Below, one piece after another: positions 49,003 through 58,843 of a DNA stretch of 64,000 nt. Both the position numbers and the translations under genes were made by a program. Below the pieces are notes generated by a model that did not search any database, was not told the origin of the DNA, and saw only the letters and a list, made by a program, of their open reading frames with translations. Each line of letters opens with the position of its first letter. Positions within the stretch are counted from its first letter, which is position 1. This stretch comes from Pseudomonadales bacterium (GTDB taxonomy: Bacteria; Pseudomonadota; Gammaproteobacteria; Pseudomonadales; Ketobacteraceae), in the NCBI GenBank assembly GCA_002701845.1, contig NZXG01000051.1, forward strand, positions 46,568 through 110,567. Direction: 5' to 3'.

Positions 49003-50786
49003 TCCACACCTCCGCGGGGAGTTGCCAGCCCACTCGACTGGCTGATTTGCAATAAATCGTCTGCCACCCGGGACAGTACCGGCTCCCACCCCTGCAGCTG
49101 TTGTTGGCGATACAGTTTCATCGTCTCATACCAGACGGTTTTATCGCCGCTTTCAAACCAATGCCATAACGGTCGGCTGTTGAGCACCACCCAGGTGGGA
49201 ATCTGCAACTGACCCGCCAGGTGAACTGAGGCATTGGAAACCGAAATTACCAGATCCAGTGCCGACAACTGCGCACAGGCTTTTTCGATGTCATTGAAGG
49301 GATCGAAGTCGTCCTGATAGATATCAACACCGAACGATTGTTTCACCTCAGCCAGTTCCTGCGCCACCGGCCCATACTGAACGTTAACAAATTGAATATG
49401 GGGAAGGTTGAGTATTTCCCCCCACTGGCTGAGCCGGGTGGATTTAATACTGCCAACCGACTTACTCACACTGCGCCAGGAGATGCCCACTTTCAGCTTG
49501 TTGCCAAACTGACGATACTTTTCCACGAACTGTGTCTGCAATTCGGGATTGGGACGAAGGTAGTAAAAGGGTTTACCAAACTTTGCCAGGTCATCCCGCA
49601 GATATCGGCCCAGGTCCAGCAGTTCGGCTTTATAATCCATACGGTCCAGTACAGGCTGCGGTATCGCCTCATCGGCATCGTAAAAGCGTACCTGTGGCAG
49701 CGAGCGGGACATCAAGGGCTTGATTTTTCCGGTGCAGGTCATGGTGACTTCGACTCCCGCCGCGAGCACCTCCCGCAACATCTGGCTATGCAGAATCTGA
49801 TCCCCAATACCCTGCTCCGAAGCAATCAACAGGGTCTTTCCCACCTCCAGCTCCCCCTGCCACAGGGGCGCGGGACAACGGTCCAGGGCATCAATGTCCA
49901 TGCCATAAAGTTCGGCGCCGTGAGTTTTGCGATGGGAAATTTCCTCCCAACCTTCTTTCAAGCGGCATTGGCGTAATAACAACACCCCAGCATTGGTACG
50001 GGACACCGCCAGCCCCGGTACCCTTTCATTAACCTTCTGATAATGCTCCAGCGCCAGGGCATTTTCGCCAATCATTGCCAAAGCCTCGGCAATCACATGA
50101 TGGCCCCGCCAGCTTTGCGGATGACACTTCAAAATCAGATTCCCGGCTTTGATGACAGGCTCGGCGTACTTAATGTCCACCAGCGCCTTGCTGTAGTTTT
50201 CCGCGATGATGGTTTTGGCCAGTACGAATAAGCCGATTTCGTGGCTCGGATCTTTCGCCAGCACCTGCTTGGCAAAGCCCCGGGCCTCTTCGTTACGTCC
50301 TTTTTCGTGGAGAATCTCGGCCACCAGGCTTAACGCTTCCAGGCGATCCGTATGCTCAATGTCCTGCAGCAACGCCTGCAGTGCCAGGTCCCGATTCTGT
50401 TTATGATTCCAATCCAGGTAGGCCTTGGCCTTCATGAAGTGGGCTCGGTCATGGTCAGGCCGTCTGGCGATCGCCTGATCAAACGCCTCCACAGCCTGGG
50501 AAAATTGCTGCAAATGATAGTAGGCCAGCCCCAAGTTGTAAGGCAGATCCGGGTCTGACTGATTTTTAGCGCAGGCCCGTCGCAGATAGTCGCAGGCGGT
50601 CCGATATTGCTCCATTTGCAATAGCAAGCCGCCATACAGGCTCAGCAGCCGCTGATTGCCCGGTGCCTTTTTTAGCAGTTTCGCGTACTCTTTTTGCGCC
50701 GGCTTCAAATCGCCGGCAAGATGCATCCGCTTGGCATCATCGATTTGCCGGTCGAGGTTGGATTGGGTCTGGGTGGCGGCCGCCAT
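48999..50786 (-). CDS. TPR-repeat protein with C-terminal GT-B (GT9-like) glycosyltransferase domain
   Basis: Multiple TPR helices (PDLPYNLGLAYYHLQQFSQAVEAF), W.GE, EQGIGDQI, KVGISWRS and LDLVISVSNASVHLAG motifs. Confidence 0.82.
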   Translation of the reverse strand: MAAATQTQSNLDRQIDDAKRMHLAGDLKPAQKEYAKLLKKAPGNQRLLSLYGGLLLQMEQYRTACDYLRRACAKNQSDPDLPYNLGLAYYHLQQFSQAVEAFDQAIARRPDHDRAHFMKAKAYLDWNHKQNRDLALQALLQDIEHTDRLEALSLVAEILHEKGRNEEARGFAKQVLAKDPSHEIGLFVLAKTIIAENYSKALVDIKYAEPVIKAGNLILKCHPQSWRGHHVIAEALAMIGENALALEHYQKVNERVPGLAVSRTNAGVLLLRQCRLKEGWEEISHRKTHGAELYGMDIDALDRCPAPLWQGELEVGKTLLIASEQGIGDQILHSQMLREVLAAGVEVTMTCTGKIKPLMSRSLPQVRFYDADEAIPQPVLDRMDYKAELLDLGRYLRDDLAKFGKPFYYLRPNPELQTQFVEKYRQFGNKLKVGISWRSVSKSVGSIKSTRLSQWGEILNLPHIQFVNVQYGPVAQELAEVKQSFGVDIYQDDFDPFNDIEKACAQLSALDLVISVSNASVHLAGQLQIPTWVVLNSRPLWHWFESGDKTVWYETMKLYRQQQLQGWEPVLSRVADDLLQISQSSGLATPRGGVE

Positions 50787-50838
50787 AGCTCGGTCTGTCT
50801 CCACAGTACGTCAGTATTTCGTCGATACCGGGTGGATT

Positions 50839-50854
50839 TGCAAAAGCCATGCCC
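50839..50854 (-). promoter_or_regulatory. Sigma54 promoter of the glycosylation operon
   Basis: GGGCAT-GGCTT-TTGCA immediately after the fleQ stop; FleQ-like GTCAGTATTTCGTC at 50810-50823. Confidence 0.65.
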
Positions 50855-50857
50855 GGC

Positions 50858-52294
50858 TCACGCCCGGTTCAGATCGTACTTCCGCATTTTTTCCACCAGA
50901 GTAGTACGGCGGATTTTGAGTTTTTCCGCGGCCCTGGCCACCACTCCGTTGCAATCATCCAGAGCCTGCTTAATCAGGTTACATTCCAGATTGGCGAGAT
51001 ACTCTTTGAGGTCGATACCATTGACGGGCAACAATGCTGGTGTGTCCATGGAAACGTAACCGGGCATGCCCATGGGTACATCAGCCATGTCATCAGGTAA
51101 CTCCCGCTCCTCGTCCGCGTCATCCACATGACGAAAGCGTTTCGGCAGATCGGAAATGCCAATCACACCATAGGGGTGGGTGATAACCAGCCTTTCCACC
51201 AGGTTGGCCAGCTCCCGCACGTTCCCCGGCCACTCGTGCCGGCACAGCCCCATGATGGCCGCAGAATTAAAGCGGATGGAACCGCGTTTTTCATTTTCGA
51301 TACGGGCCACCAATTCATTCAGCAGTAAAGGGATGTCCTCGGTGCGCTCCCGCAGCGGTGGCATTTCGATGGGGAATACGTTGATGCGATAATACAAGTC
51401 CTCCCGAAACTTACCCTCGGCAATATGGGCTTCCAGATTCTGATGGGTAGCGGCGATCACCCGCACATCCGCCTCATAGGTTTTCGAACCTCCCACCCGT
51501 TCAAAAGTACGTTCCTGTAACACCCGCAACAGCTTGACCTGCATATGCAGCGGCATATCGCCAATCTCATCCAGGAAGATGGTGCCCCCCTGGGCCAATT
51601 CAAAGCGGCCGGGGCGACTGGTGATGGCCCCGGTGAATGCCCCTTTTTCATGACCGAACAACTCGCTTTCCAACAGTTCCTGGGGAATGGCACCGCAGTT
51701 CACCGGCACGAACGGTTTATGTCGTCGGTGGGAATTGTAATGAAGATTGCGGGCCACCACTTCCTTACCGGTACCGGACTCACCGGTAATCAACACATTG
51801 ACGTCTTTGTCCGCAACCTGCGCCATCAGTTCCCGCACCTGGACGATGGAGCGGCTGGTACCCACCAGACTGCGGAACAGCTGGGCCTCCCGCCGCTGGG
51901 CCCGGGCCGGATCGGCACCCATGTGATCCTTGTACACCTGGGCCCGATGCAGCGTATCCATCATTTTGGTGTACTTGGGCGGGGTTTCGATATTGGCGAT
52001 AACAGCCTTACGCACTTCTTCTGTTTCCGCCGCCGCCAGTTCCACGTCATCCAACAGAATAAACGGTAAGGTAGGGTCCCAGTCCATCAAGCCCTCGGCG
52101 GCATTGAGCGCGTTGACCATTTCACCAATCAACACACAGGTAATTTCACCCGGCTGGCAGGCTTCCATCACCTGTTGCCAGTGGCGGGAGTCACAGACGA
52201 TGGTCTCCTCGCCGATAAAATCCAGAACCACTTTGATGTCATGGCAACGCTGTTCATTGTCATCAATCAGCAATACTTTAATTTCTCGCCACAT
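50858..52294 (-). CDS. fleQ: Flagellar master regulator FleQ (FlrA)
   Basis: Atypical REC lacking the phospho-Asp pocket, [29 protein letters not shown]. Confidence 0.95.
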   Translation of the reverse strand: MWREIKVLLIDDNEQRCHDIKVVLDFIGEETIVCDSRHWQQVMEACQPGEITCVLIGEMVNALNAAEGLMDWDPTLPFILLDDVELAAAETEEVRKAVIANIETPPKYTKMMDTLHRAQVYKDHMGADPARAQRREAQLFRSLVGTSRSIVQVRELMAQVADKDVNVLITGESGTGKEVVARNLHYNSHRRHKPFVPVNCGAIPQELLESELFGHEKGAFTGAITSRPGRFELAQGGTIFLDEIGDMPLHMQVKLLRVLQERTFERVGGSKTYEADVRVIAATHQNLEAHIAEGKFREDLYYRINVFPIEMPPLRERTEDIPLLLNELVARIENEKRGSIRFNSAAIMGLCRHEWPGNVRELANLVERLVITHPYGVIGISDLPKRFRHVDDADEERELPDDMADVPMGMPGYVSMDTPALLPVNGIDLKEYLANLECNLIKQALDDCNGVVARAAEKLKIRRTTLVEKMRKYDLNRA

Positions 52295-52398
52295 ACCCAG
52301 CCATCTTCAGCCTATTCCCTGAACTCAAACACAAGCGACGCATTTTTTGACGCCAACTCAATGGTTATTCTTCAGTAAAGGCTATAGGTAGTGGATCA

Positions 52399-52412
52399 GT
52401 CAAATTACTGAC
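52399..52412. promoter_or_regulatory. FleQ-box-like palindrome upstream of fleQ
   Basis: GTCA-AATTAC-TGAC, a full GTCA-N6-TGAC match. Confidence 0.55.
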
Positions 52413-52454
52413 ACAAGTTTTTTTGCGGATTGTCAGGCTGGGGTGCAGGGAGGG

Positions 52455-52769
52455 TCAACGGCCGATCTGCTGGGCCACATCCAGATACTTATGCGCGCTG
52501 TTACGGCTGCGGCTGAGGGTGCTCATTTGCTGGAGGGTTTCCCGCTTGGCCTGGTCCACCCGGGTTACCGCCTGGTGATAGCACTGCACCAGCGCCTCCA
52601 GGGCGGGTACCAGTTCCGCCAGCTCCGGCTGTTCGCCGCCGCTGGCCAGGGGCAGCCGGGCCCGCAGGAAGCGTTCGCAGTCGAGGCTGGTTTGTCGCAG
52701 CTGATCCAGGTCCTGGCTTTGCAGCGCGGCTTCCATGCGCGCCTGAAATTCCCGTATCTGTGCCAACAT
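52455..52769 (-). CDS. fliT: FliT-like flagellar chaperone
   Basis: Short helical protein directly after fliS; called by position. Confidence 0.55.
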   Translation of the reverse strand: MLAQIREFQARMEAALQSQDLDQLRQTSLDCERFLRARLPLASGGEQPELAELVPALEALVQCYHQAVTRVDQAKRETLQQMSTLSRSRNSAHKYLDVAQQIGR

Positions 52770-52777
52770 GAGGTATC

Positions 52778-53206
52778 CTAGCCGGCCACCGGCTCGCTGC
52801 CCTGAGCATAAATCTGCTGTGCCTGGTCGGCAATGCCGTCCCAGCCGGTTTTGACTTCCCGCAACAGTCGGATCACCTCTTCCACCGGTGCTTTACTGTG
52901 CTCCCGGGAGGCATCGTACAGACGCACCGTCATATAGTCGTAAAGGCCATCAAGATTGCGGGCAATATCGCCGCCTTTGTCATGATCCAGAAAACTCTGC
53001 AGGCCGCCCAGGATGGTGATGGTCCGCCCCAGATGGCGCCCCCGGCCCTCGTAGTCATTACGCTCAATACAGCCCAGTGCCTGCTGCAGATTATCCAGCG
53101 CCCCCTGATATAACATTCCGATCAGTTGATGGGGGTTAGCGCCTTCGACACCGGTTTGCTTCTTCATCTGAGCGTATTGTTGTGCACCTTTGTTTACGTT
53201 CATCAT
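52778..53206 (-). CDS. fliS: Flagellin chaperone FliS
   Basis: ANPHQLIGMLYQGAL, LDHDKGGDIARNL..LYDYM and EVKTGWD motifs. Confidence 0.96.
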   Translation of the reverse strand: MMNVNKGAQQYAQMKKQTGVEGANPHQLIGMLYQGALDNLQQALGCIERNDYEGRGRHLGRTITILGGLQSFLDHDKGGDIARNLDGLYDYMTVRLYDASREHSKAPVEEVIRLLREVKTGWDGIADQAQQIYAQGSEPVAG

Positions 53207-53218
53207 CTTACCTGTTCG

Positions 53219-54655
53219 TTAAGAGGATTTTTTACCGGTGAGCCCGGCTTTGATCACGTCCAGTTGCTGGGTAACGAAATCACCCGTACTCTGCAGCTGA
53301 CCCACCAGAATATCCAGATTGGTGTACTGTTGGCGGATACGTTCCTCGAATGACTCCATCCGCAGGTTAAGCTGAGCCCGCTGTTCATCAATGTCCTTCA
53401 GCTGTGTGAGGAAAGTGCTGTTGCGGCTGGCCAGAATGCCGTCGCTACGGAGAAAGCTGTCCAGCTTGTCATCCAGGGATTTGATGATGCCGTTATCCCC
53501 GGCCAGCAGCTCCGCCACGTCGTCAAAGTTGCTGTTAAGGGCGCTGCCCAATTTGGCGGGGTCCAGCCCCAGGCTGCCATCCCGCTGGGTGGTGATACCA
53601 ATGGATGCCAGGGTGTCGAAAGCGCCGGACACCCCTTCCACCACGTCGGAAATGCTGCGCCGGATCTGAGTCTCGATGGTGCGGGCGGCAAAGTCCCCGG
53701 TGAGCAGCCCGGCTTCCTGTGATTCAACATCGTAGTTGGTGAGAAAATCCATGGTGTCACTGAGGGTATTGAAGGCTTCGACAAATTCCCCCAGCTTGGT
53801 GTTGATGGCGGATTTATCCAGCCCCACCGAGAGGGTTGCGTTGACTCCGGGATCTGCCGCCAGGGCGGTGATAGTCACGCCCTGAATGGCGTTTTCAAAC
53901 GTATTGTTGGCGCTGGTGACCACGTATTCATCGTCGATTAACAGCTCTGCATTGAGCGCCTGACTCTTCTCCACCATATTGCCATTGAGGGCATCGGTGA
54001 AGTTAAAGGCGGACAGCCCGCTGTTGTCCGTATCATTGCCATCGGAGTCACCACTGGCAGCCACGGTGATGTTGTTGTCCGCGCCGGTGTCATCGGCGGT
54101 GAGCACCAGCTTGGATACGGTGCCAGCGGCGCCATCGCTGATGGTCAGGATACTGGCGGTGATTCCGGGGTTGTCCTCCGCATCATTAATGGCATCCCGA
54201 ATGCCGGCCAAAGTGTTGTTCTGGCCGCCGACAATGGGCACCTGAAAACTGGCGGAGCCCAGGCCCAAAGTCAGGGTACCGGCCCCCACGGCATCATCAG
54301 GCCCGGTAAAATCCGCGCTGGAGACGAGCTTGTGGTTGGAGGCCAGCTGAGTCACCTGGATGGCTGTGGAGCCCACCGCCGCGTTATTGGTGGCGGTGGC
54401 GGTAAACGTGCTTTCATTGGAGGAGGTGGCAGCCCGGGCGGCAAGATCGTTCAGGGAGGAGAGGCCGGAAAGTGCCGCCTGAAAATCCTTCAGCGCGCCT
54501 TTCAGTGAGCCATAGGCGGAGATATCCGCCTGAATCTGGATTTCCCGGGTATCGAGCCGTTCCGCTTTGGGGGCCCGTTCCGCCTCCGTCAGCGTCTCTA
54601 TAATGGTTTCAATGTCCAGGCCGGACCCGGTGCCGGCTGCGGTAATGGAAGCCAT
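53219..54655 (-). CDS. fliD: Flagellar filament cap protein FliD
   Basis: MASITAAGTGSGLDI, SAYGSLKGAL, SANNTFENAIQGVTI motifs; C-terminal coiled coil. Confidence 0.96.
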   Translation of the reverse strand: MASITAAGTGSGLDIETIIETLTEAERAPKAERLDTREIQIQADISAYGSLKGALKDFQAALSGLSSLNDLAARAATSSNESTFTATATNNAAVGSTAIQVTQLASNHKLVSSADFTGPDDAVGAGTLTLGLGSASFQVPIVGGQNNTLAGIRDAINDAEDNPGITASILTISDGAAGTVSKLVLTADDTGADNNITVAASGDSDGNDTDNSGLSAFNFTDALNGNMVEKSQALNAELLIDDEYVVTSANNTFENAIQGVTITALAADPGVNATLSVGLDKSAINTKLGEFVEAFNTLSDTMDFLTNYDVESQEAGLLTGDFAARTIETQIRRSISDVVEGVSGAFDTLASIGITTQRDGSLGLDPAKLGSALNSNFDDVAELLAGDNGIIKSLDDKLDSFLRSDGILASRNSTFLTQLKDIDEQRAQLNLRMESFEERIRQQYTNLDILVGQLQSTGDFVTQQLDVIKAGLTGKKSS

Positions 54656-54775
54656 AGTGGCTAACCTCGTAATCGATCAATGGCGGCACGCAAAGAAATT
54701 GACGCAAGCCGTGCCTGATGCCTGTGAGTGCAATTCCCATTCCAGGTTTATGTCACCCCGTCATCTCTACACAGG

Positions 54776-54802
54776 TTATCGGCTGCCACTGGCAATGCTT
54801 TA
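54776..54802 (-). promoter_or_regulatory. Sigma28 promoter of fliDST
   Basis: Perfect TAAA-N15-GCCGATAA; the -35 includes the flaG TAA stop. Confidence 0.88.
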
Positions 54803-55291
54803 GGCCTTGGAATTGAGTATGGAACCCCCTTCCAGATTGTCCAGCCCCAGGCGGATGGACTCTGCAATCTGCAGCACGTCTTCCGGCGGAATCTGGCGGA
54901 TTACCTTATCGGTCTCCTTATCAATGACAGTGATAATGACCCGGTTTTCCTCCTCGGCCACCTGGAAATCCAGGCTGCGCTGATTTTTCTGCATTAACTC
55001 CCGCACCTTGGGAATGGCTTCGTTGACCTTCTCCTTGATTTCTTCCCGACGGGCCTCCGCCTGGGCCTGGGCCTGGGCAGACAGGGAGGTTTCTTCCGCA
55101 GCCGGTTTCGGCTCCACCGGGGGGCTTTGCTTCACTGAGACCTGATTGTCCGGTACCGGCGGCTGACGCTCACTGATGTCGACCTTGTCCCTGGTCTGCT
55201 GCGCGCCGGAGCCGTTGGCTCGGCTGCCGGGCGTCAGCGCCACTGTTCTCAAGTCGATATTGCTCGGTTTATCACTGATCATGAGGGCCAC
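54800..55291 (-). CDS. flaG: Flagellar protein FlaG
   Basis: RSLDFQV.EE...VI.VIDKETDKVIRQIPPE motif. Start could be 55282. Confidence 0.92.
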   Translation of the reverse strand: MALMISDKPSNIDLRTVALTPGSRANGSGAQQTRDKVDISERQPPVPDNQVSVKQSPPVEPKPAAEETSLSAQAQAQAEARREEIKEKVNEAIPKVRELMQKNQRSLDFQVAEEENRVIITVIDKETDKVIRQIPPEDVLQIAESIRLGLDNLEGGSILNSKA

Positions 55292-55300
55292 CTATACAAC

Positions 55301-55336
55301 AAAAGCGGGTACCCGAGAGAGTATCCCGGGTCCCGC
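55301..55336 (-). terminator. Terminator/attenuator between flagellin A and flaG
   Basis: GCGGG(T)ACCCG...CGGGTCCCGC stem followed by TTTTGTT on the minus strand. Confidence 0.6.
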
Positions 55337-55381
55337 GCCAAACCAATGACCTTGTTGTAGGCTGCTGTCACTGGCCGGGGG

Positions 55382-56908
55382 TTACCCCAGCAGCGACAGC
55401 GCCTGCTGCGGTAACGCATTAGCCTGAGCCAGAACCGAGATACCGGCCTGCTGCAACACCTGGTTCTTGGACAGCTTGGCGGTTTCCGCCGCGAAGTCCG
55501 CGTCCCGAATCCGGCTGTTGGCAGCCGACAGACTCTCGGATACCGCCGACAGGTTACGGATGGTGGATTCAAAGCGGTTCTGAATCGCACCCAGGCCTGC
55601 GCGGAAGGAGTCGATCTGGGCCAGGGCACTGTCGATGGACTCGATGGTGATGTTGGCACCGGCCACCGTGGTAATGTCCGCATTGGCCACCGTTCCCACC
55701 GCCTGCACGTTGGCATCGTCGGTGGCAGTGACATTGGACAGGGTGGCAATGGTGTCCTGGGCCGAGATGGTCACCGATCCGGACTTGAAGTCACCGGTTT
55801 CATCCGCCACCGTGGCGTTGTCGGCACCGTCGAACAGCAGGTCCGCCGCGTTATTGGTGGTGGTGAAGACAATATCCCGACCGTCTTCGGCGGTCAGCGA
55901 CAGGCGGCCGTTCTCGTCCAGCGCCGCGGTCACGCCGGTTATGTCGGATTTGGCGTTGATGGCATTCACCAGGCTGCCGTCGGCGTCTTTTTCCTGCACA
56001 GTCACCGGGCCAATGTCCACCCCGTTGATGGTGACGTCACCGTTGGCCAGTTCGCCGGAGCCCACGTAGGCATCCGCCGCCGCCACGGTGGTGGTCAGGT
56101 CGGTGTAGTCGTAGGTGGTCTTGGCGGTGGCGTACACCCCTTCCAGACCTTCCACGCCGTCATCCCGCAGCTCGTTGATGCGTTCGGCCAGGGACTTGGC
56201 CACCCCGGCGCCATAATCGGCGGCGGTGGGGTCAGTGAGGCCGGCAGTGGCCGCTCCGGTAATGGCGCCACCGTTGGCGGCACTGAGTACGTCCACGGTG
56301 GTGCCGCCGGTACCCACGGTAATTTCAAAGCTGCTCAGGGTGGTCGCGGCCGCGGCTGCCAGGCTTGAGGCGGCGCTCTGCACCGCGCCGGGCTGGGAGC
56401 CCAGGGCACTGGCCCGGGCATCCACACCACTGACGGAAACCGTCTCGCCGGCGTTGGCGCCGATCTGGAAGTTCAGCGAGGAGATGGAGCCGTCCGCCAC
56501 TTTGTTACCGTTAAAGGTGGTGGTGTTGGCAATCCGGTCGATTTCCGACACCAGCTGGGACACCTCCTCCTGCAGGGACTGGCGGTCCGCCGCGCTGTTG
56601 GTGTCGTTGGCAGACTGCACCGCCAGGTCCCGGATTCGCTGCAGGGAGGTGGTGATTTCGTCCAGGGCGCTCTCTGAGGTCTGGGCGAAGGAAATACCGT
56701 CGTTGGCGTTACGTACCGCCACGTTCAGGCCACGGACCTGGGTGGTGAAACGGTTGGAAATGGCCAGACCGGCGGCGTCGTCCTTGGCGCTGTTGATGCG
56801 CAAACCAGAAGACAGACGCTGCAGGGAGGTCTGCAATGAGCTTTGCGACTTGTTCAAGTTGCGCTGCGCATTGATGGATGAAACGTTAGTGTTAATGATC
56901 TGGGGCAT
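55382..56908 (-). CDS. fliC: Flagellin, copy A (508 aa)
   Basis: [20 protein letters not shown]-terminus, [14 protein letters not shown] and [13 protein letters not shown]-terminus. Confidence 0.97.
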   Translation of the reverse strand: MPQIINTNVSSINAQRNLNKSQSSLQTSLQRLSSGLRINSAKDDAAGLAISNRFTTQVRGLNVAVRNANDGISFAQTSESALDEITTSLQRIRDLAVQSANDTNSAADRQSLQEEVSQLVSEIDRIANTTTFNGNKVADGSISSLNFQIGANAGETVSVSGVDARASALGSQPGAVQSAASSLAAAAATTLSSFEITVGTGGTTVDVLSAANGGAITGAATAGLTDPTAADYGAGVAKSLAERINELRDDGVEGLEGVYATAKTTYDYTDLTTTVAAADAYVGSGELANGDVTINGVDIGPVTVQEKDADGSLVNAINAKSDITGVTAALDENGRLSLTAEDGRDIVFTTTNNAADLLFDGADNATVADETGDFKSGSVTISAQDTIATLSNVTATDDANVQAVGTVANADITTVAGANITIESIDSALAQIDSFRAGLGAIQNRFESTIRNLSAVSESLSAANSRIRDADFAAETAKLSKNQVLQQAGISVLAQANALPQQALSLLG

Positions 56909-56946
56909 CGTGTGTCTCCTGCGTTTTAACACGACCTCAAATGAGG
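55382..56946. repeat. 1565-bp direct repeat, copy 1 (flagellin CDS + 38 nt leader)
   Basis: Same translation and same alternate-frame ORFs as 58844-60408; offset is 3462 at both ends. Confidence 0.92.
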
Positions 56947-57004
56947 CTCTTCAATTACCACCGCCTGCGGGAGGCCGTGTTCCTATATGCTTGCTTCAAT
57001 TAGG

Positions 57005-57031
57005 TTATCGGCCACTTGCGCTGCGCCTTTA
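57005..57031 (-). promoter_or_regulatory. Sigma28 promoter of flagellin A
   Basis: Perfect TAAA-N15-GCCGATAA with an AT-rich upstream tract. Confidence 0.9.
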
Positions 57032-57091
57032 ACCAGCTTTTAAACGGATATGCTCTAAATAACGCCTGTTTAATAACTAACCCTGCAGGCA

Positions 57092-58759
57092 CTAACCCAA
57101 GAGGCTCAGTACCTGACCCGGCTGGGCATTGGCCTGGGCCAGCACGGAAATGCCCGCCTGCTGTAATACACTGGAGCGACTCAGGTTGGCGGTCTCCGCC
57201 GCGTAGTCGGCATCGACAATCCGGGACCGGCTGGCCGCCAGACTTTCACTGACAGCGGACAGGTTGGCCACGGTGGAATCCAGCCGGTTTACCACCGCAC
57301 CCATGCGGCCCCGTTGGGAATCAATATATTGCAATGCCGAATCAGCCAGGCGCACCACATCACCGGCGTTCTCGGTGATATCAATATCGTGCATACCCAG
57401 CTCCCAGGTACCAAAGGTACCCAGGTCAAGATCCAGGGCCTGCCCGGAGCCGGCGCCCACCTGCAGAGAAAACTGCTTACCCTCGAACTGGGCATAAGCG
57501 TCTTCAATTACCAAACGAAAATTTTCCAGCGGTTTGGCCGATGAGTTGGTGTCATTGGGAAGTATGTTCTCAGCGGTATAAACCGGGCCGCCATCGGCAT
57601 CAAGGCCGCCGATGGCTCCGGTATCTTCATTGCTGAGGTCCATATTATTGATATAAGTGGCGCCGGCACCGCCGGTAAAATCCGACTCAAAGGAGGACAA
57701 GTCAGCAAAGGCTCCGCTGCTGGCATTCTGGATGGCGGCATCCAGATCCGCGCTATCGTTTTGCGCCAGATACACCATTATGTCCTTGATGCCATTGCCG
57801 CCGGCGGCTTTGATCTCATCGTGTAAATAACGGGTGGCCGCATAAGAAGCGGAATAGCCCTCGCTATTGGCCACCGACCCGAAGGCGCTGACGATGCCAC
57901 CCACGCCCACCGATGCGATGTCCGCTGCCACCCGCTCGTCGGCCCCCTGAATGAATTCTGCCGTGCCTTCTTTGAACCAGTCCGGCAAGGCTGCGAAATT
58001 GGTGGCGCGACCCATTATCGCATGTACCATCTCGTGGGCAATAATACGGTCATTAAAATACGGGGAGGTACCGCCATTGGGCAGATTGGCAGGCTGAAAG
58101 TCCTCCATATCCACATTCAGCGTCATACCGATGGTTTTGCCATCAGTGTCCTGGTAGCCGCTGATAGAGGCAGCCACATTACCGGCCCCATCACTGTAAT
58201 CCAGGTTCACCCTTAAGATATTGTTATCGGACTTGATACCAAAGAACTGCTCAATGCGGGTTTCCGCCTCCGCCAGCCAGTAAAAGTTCAGCCCTTTCAC
58301 CACGGCACTGCGGTTCTGGTCCTCGAAATCCGAGCTTCCCGCCCGATTAAACAGGGTGCGGCCACCAAAGGTGGTGGTGTCGTTCACGCGATTGATTTCA
58401 TTCAACCGCTGTTTCACTTCCAGCTGCAAAGAGGATTTATCGGTTTTACTGAGGGAGTCAGAGGACGCCTGCAGTGCCAGATCACGGATTCGCTGGATAT
58501 TGCCGGTCATTTCATCAAGGGCACTCTCCGCGGTTTGCAACAGGGAAATCCCATCGTTGGCATTGCGGATGGCCTGGTTCTGACCATTGATTTGGGTGGT
58601 CATACGGTTACTGATGGCCAGGCCGGCGGCGTCGTCACTGGCGCCATTGATGCGCAGGCCACTGGACAGCCGCTGCAGGGTCCGGGTCAGCCCGGTTTGC
58701 TGGGTTTCAAGATTACGTTGAGCATTAACCGAGGCAATATTGGTATTGATATTGAGCAT
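57092..58759 (-). CDS. Flagellinolysin: flagellin with a central gluzincin metallopeptidase domain
   Basis: Flagellin N and C termini flank [11 protein letters not shown] (HExxH) and a downstream WFKEGTAEF third-ligand Glu motif. Confidence 0.9.
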   Translation of the reverse strand: MLNINTNIASVNAQRNLETQQTGLTRTLQRLSSGLRINGASDDAAGLAISNRMTTQINGQNQAIRNANDGISLLQTAESALDEMTGNIQRIRDLALQASSDSLSKTDKSSLQLEVKQRLNEINRVNDTTTFGGRTLFNRAGSSDFEDQNRSAVVKGLNFYWLAEAETRIEQFFGIKSDNNILRVNLDYSDGAGNVAASISGYQDTDGKTIGMTLNVDMEDFQPANLPNGGTSPYFNDRIIAHEMVHAIMGRATNFAALPDWFKEGTAEFIQGADERVAADIASVGVGGIVSAFGSVANSEGYSASYAATRYLHDEIKAAGGNGIKDIMVYLAQNDSADLDAAIQNASSGAFADLSSFESDFTGGAGATYINNMDLSNEDTGAIGGLDADGGPVYTAENILPNDTNSSAKPLENFRLVIEDAYAQFEGKQFSLQVGAGSGQALDLDLGTFGTWELGMHDIDITENAGDVVRLADSALQYIDSQRGRMGAVVNRLDSTVANLSAVSESLAASRSRIVDADYAAETANLSRSSVLQQAGISVLAQANAQPGQVLSLLG

Positions 58760-58792
58760 GCTGATCCATCCACAACAGCCCCACACTGAACA

Positions 58793-58825
58793 CCCGGACG
58801 CCGCCAGCCTTAGCCGGCGTCCGGG
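58793..58825 (-). terminator. 11-bp stem-loop between flagellin B and flagellinolysin
   Basis: CCCGGACGCCG / CGGCGTCCGGG stem with only a weak TGTT tail. Confidence 0.55.
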
Positions 58826-58843
58826 TTACCCATCAGCGAATCA

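Noticed and set aside
54656-54775. c-di-GMP-I riboswitch or sigma54 promoter in the fliD leader
   Set aside because: The GGCACG/CGTGCC hairpin lacks the GEMM two-stem GNRA/receptor layout, and its GG-GC spacing is 8 rather than 10.
57092-58759. Claiming the protease flagellin as a new protein family
   Set aside because: Flagellinolysins are already described; only the genomic arrangement is flagged as potentially new.
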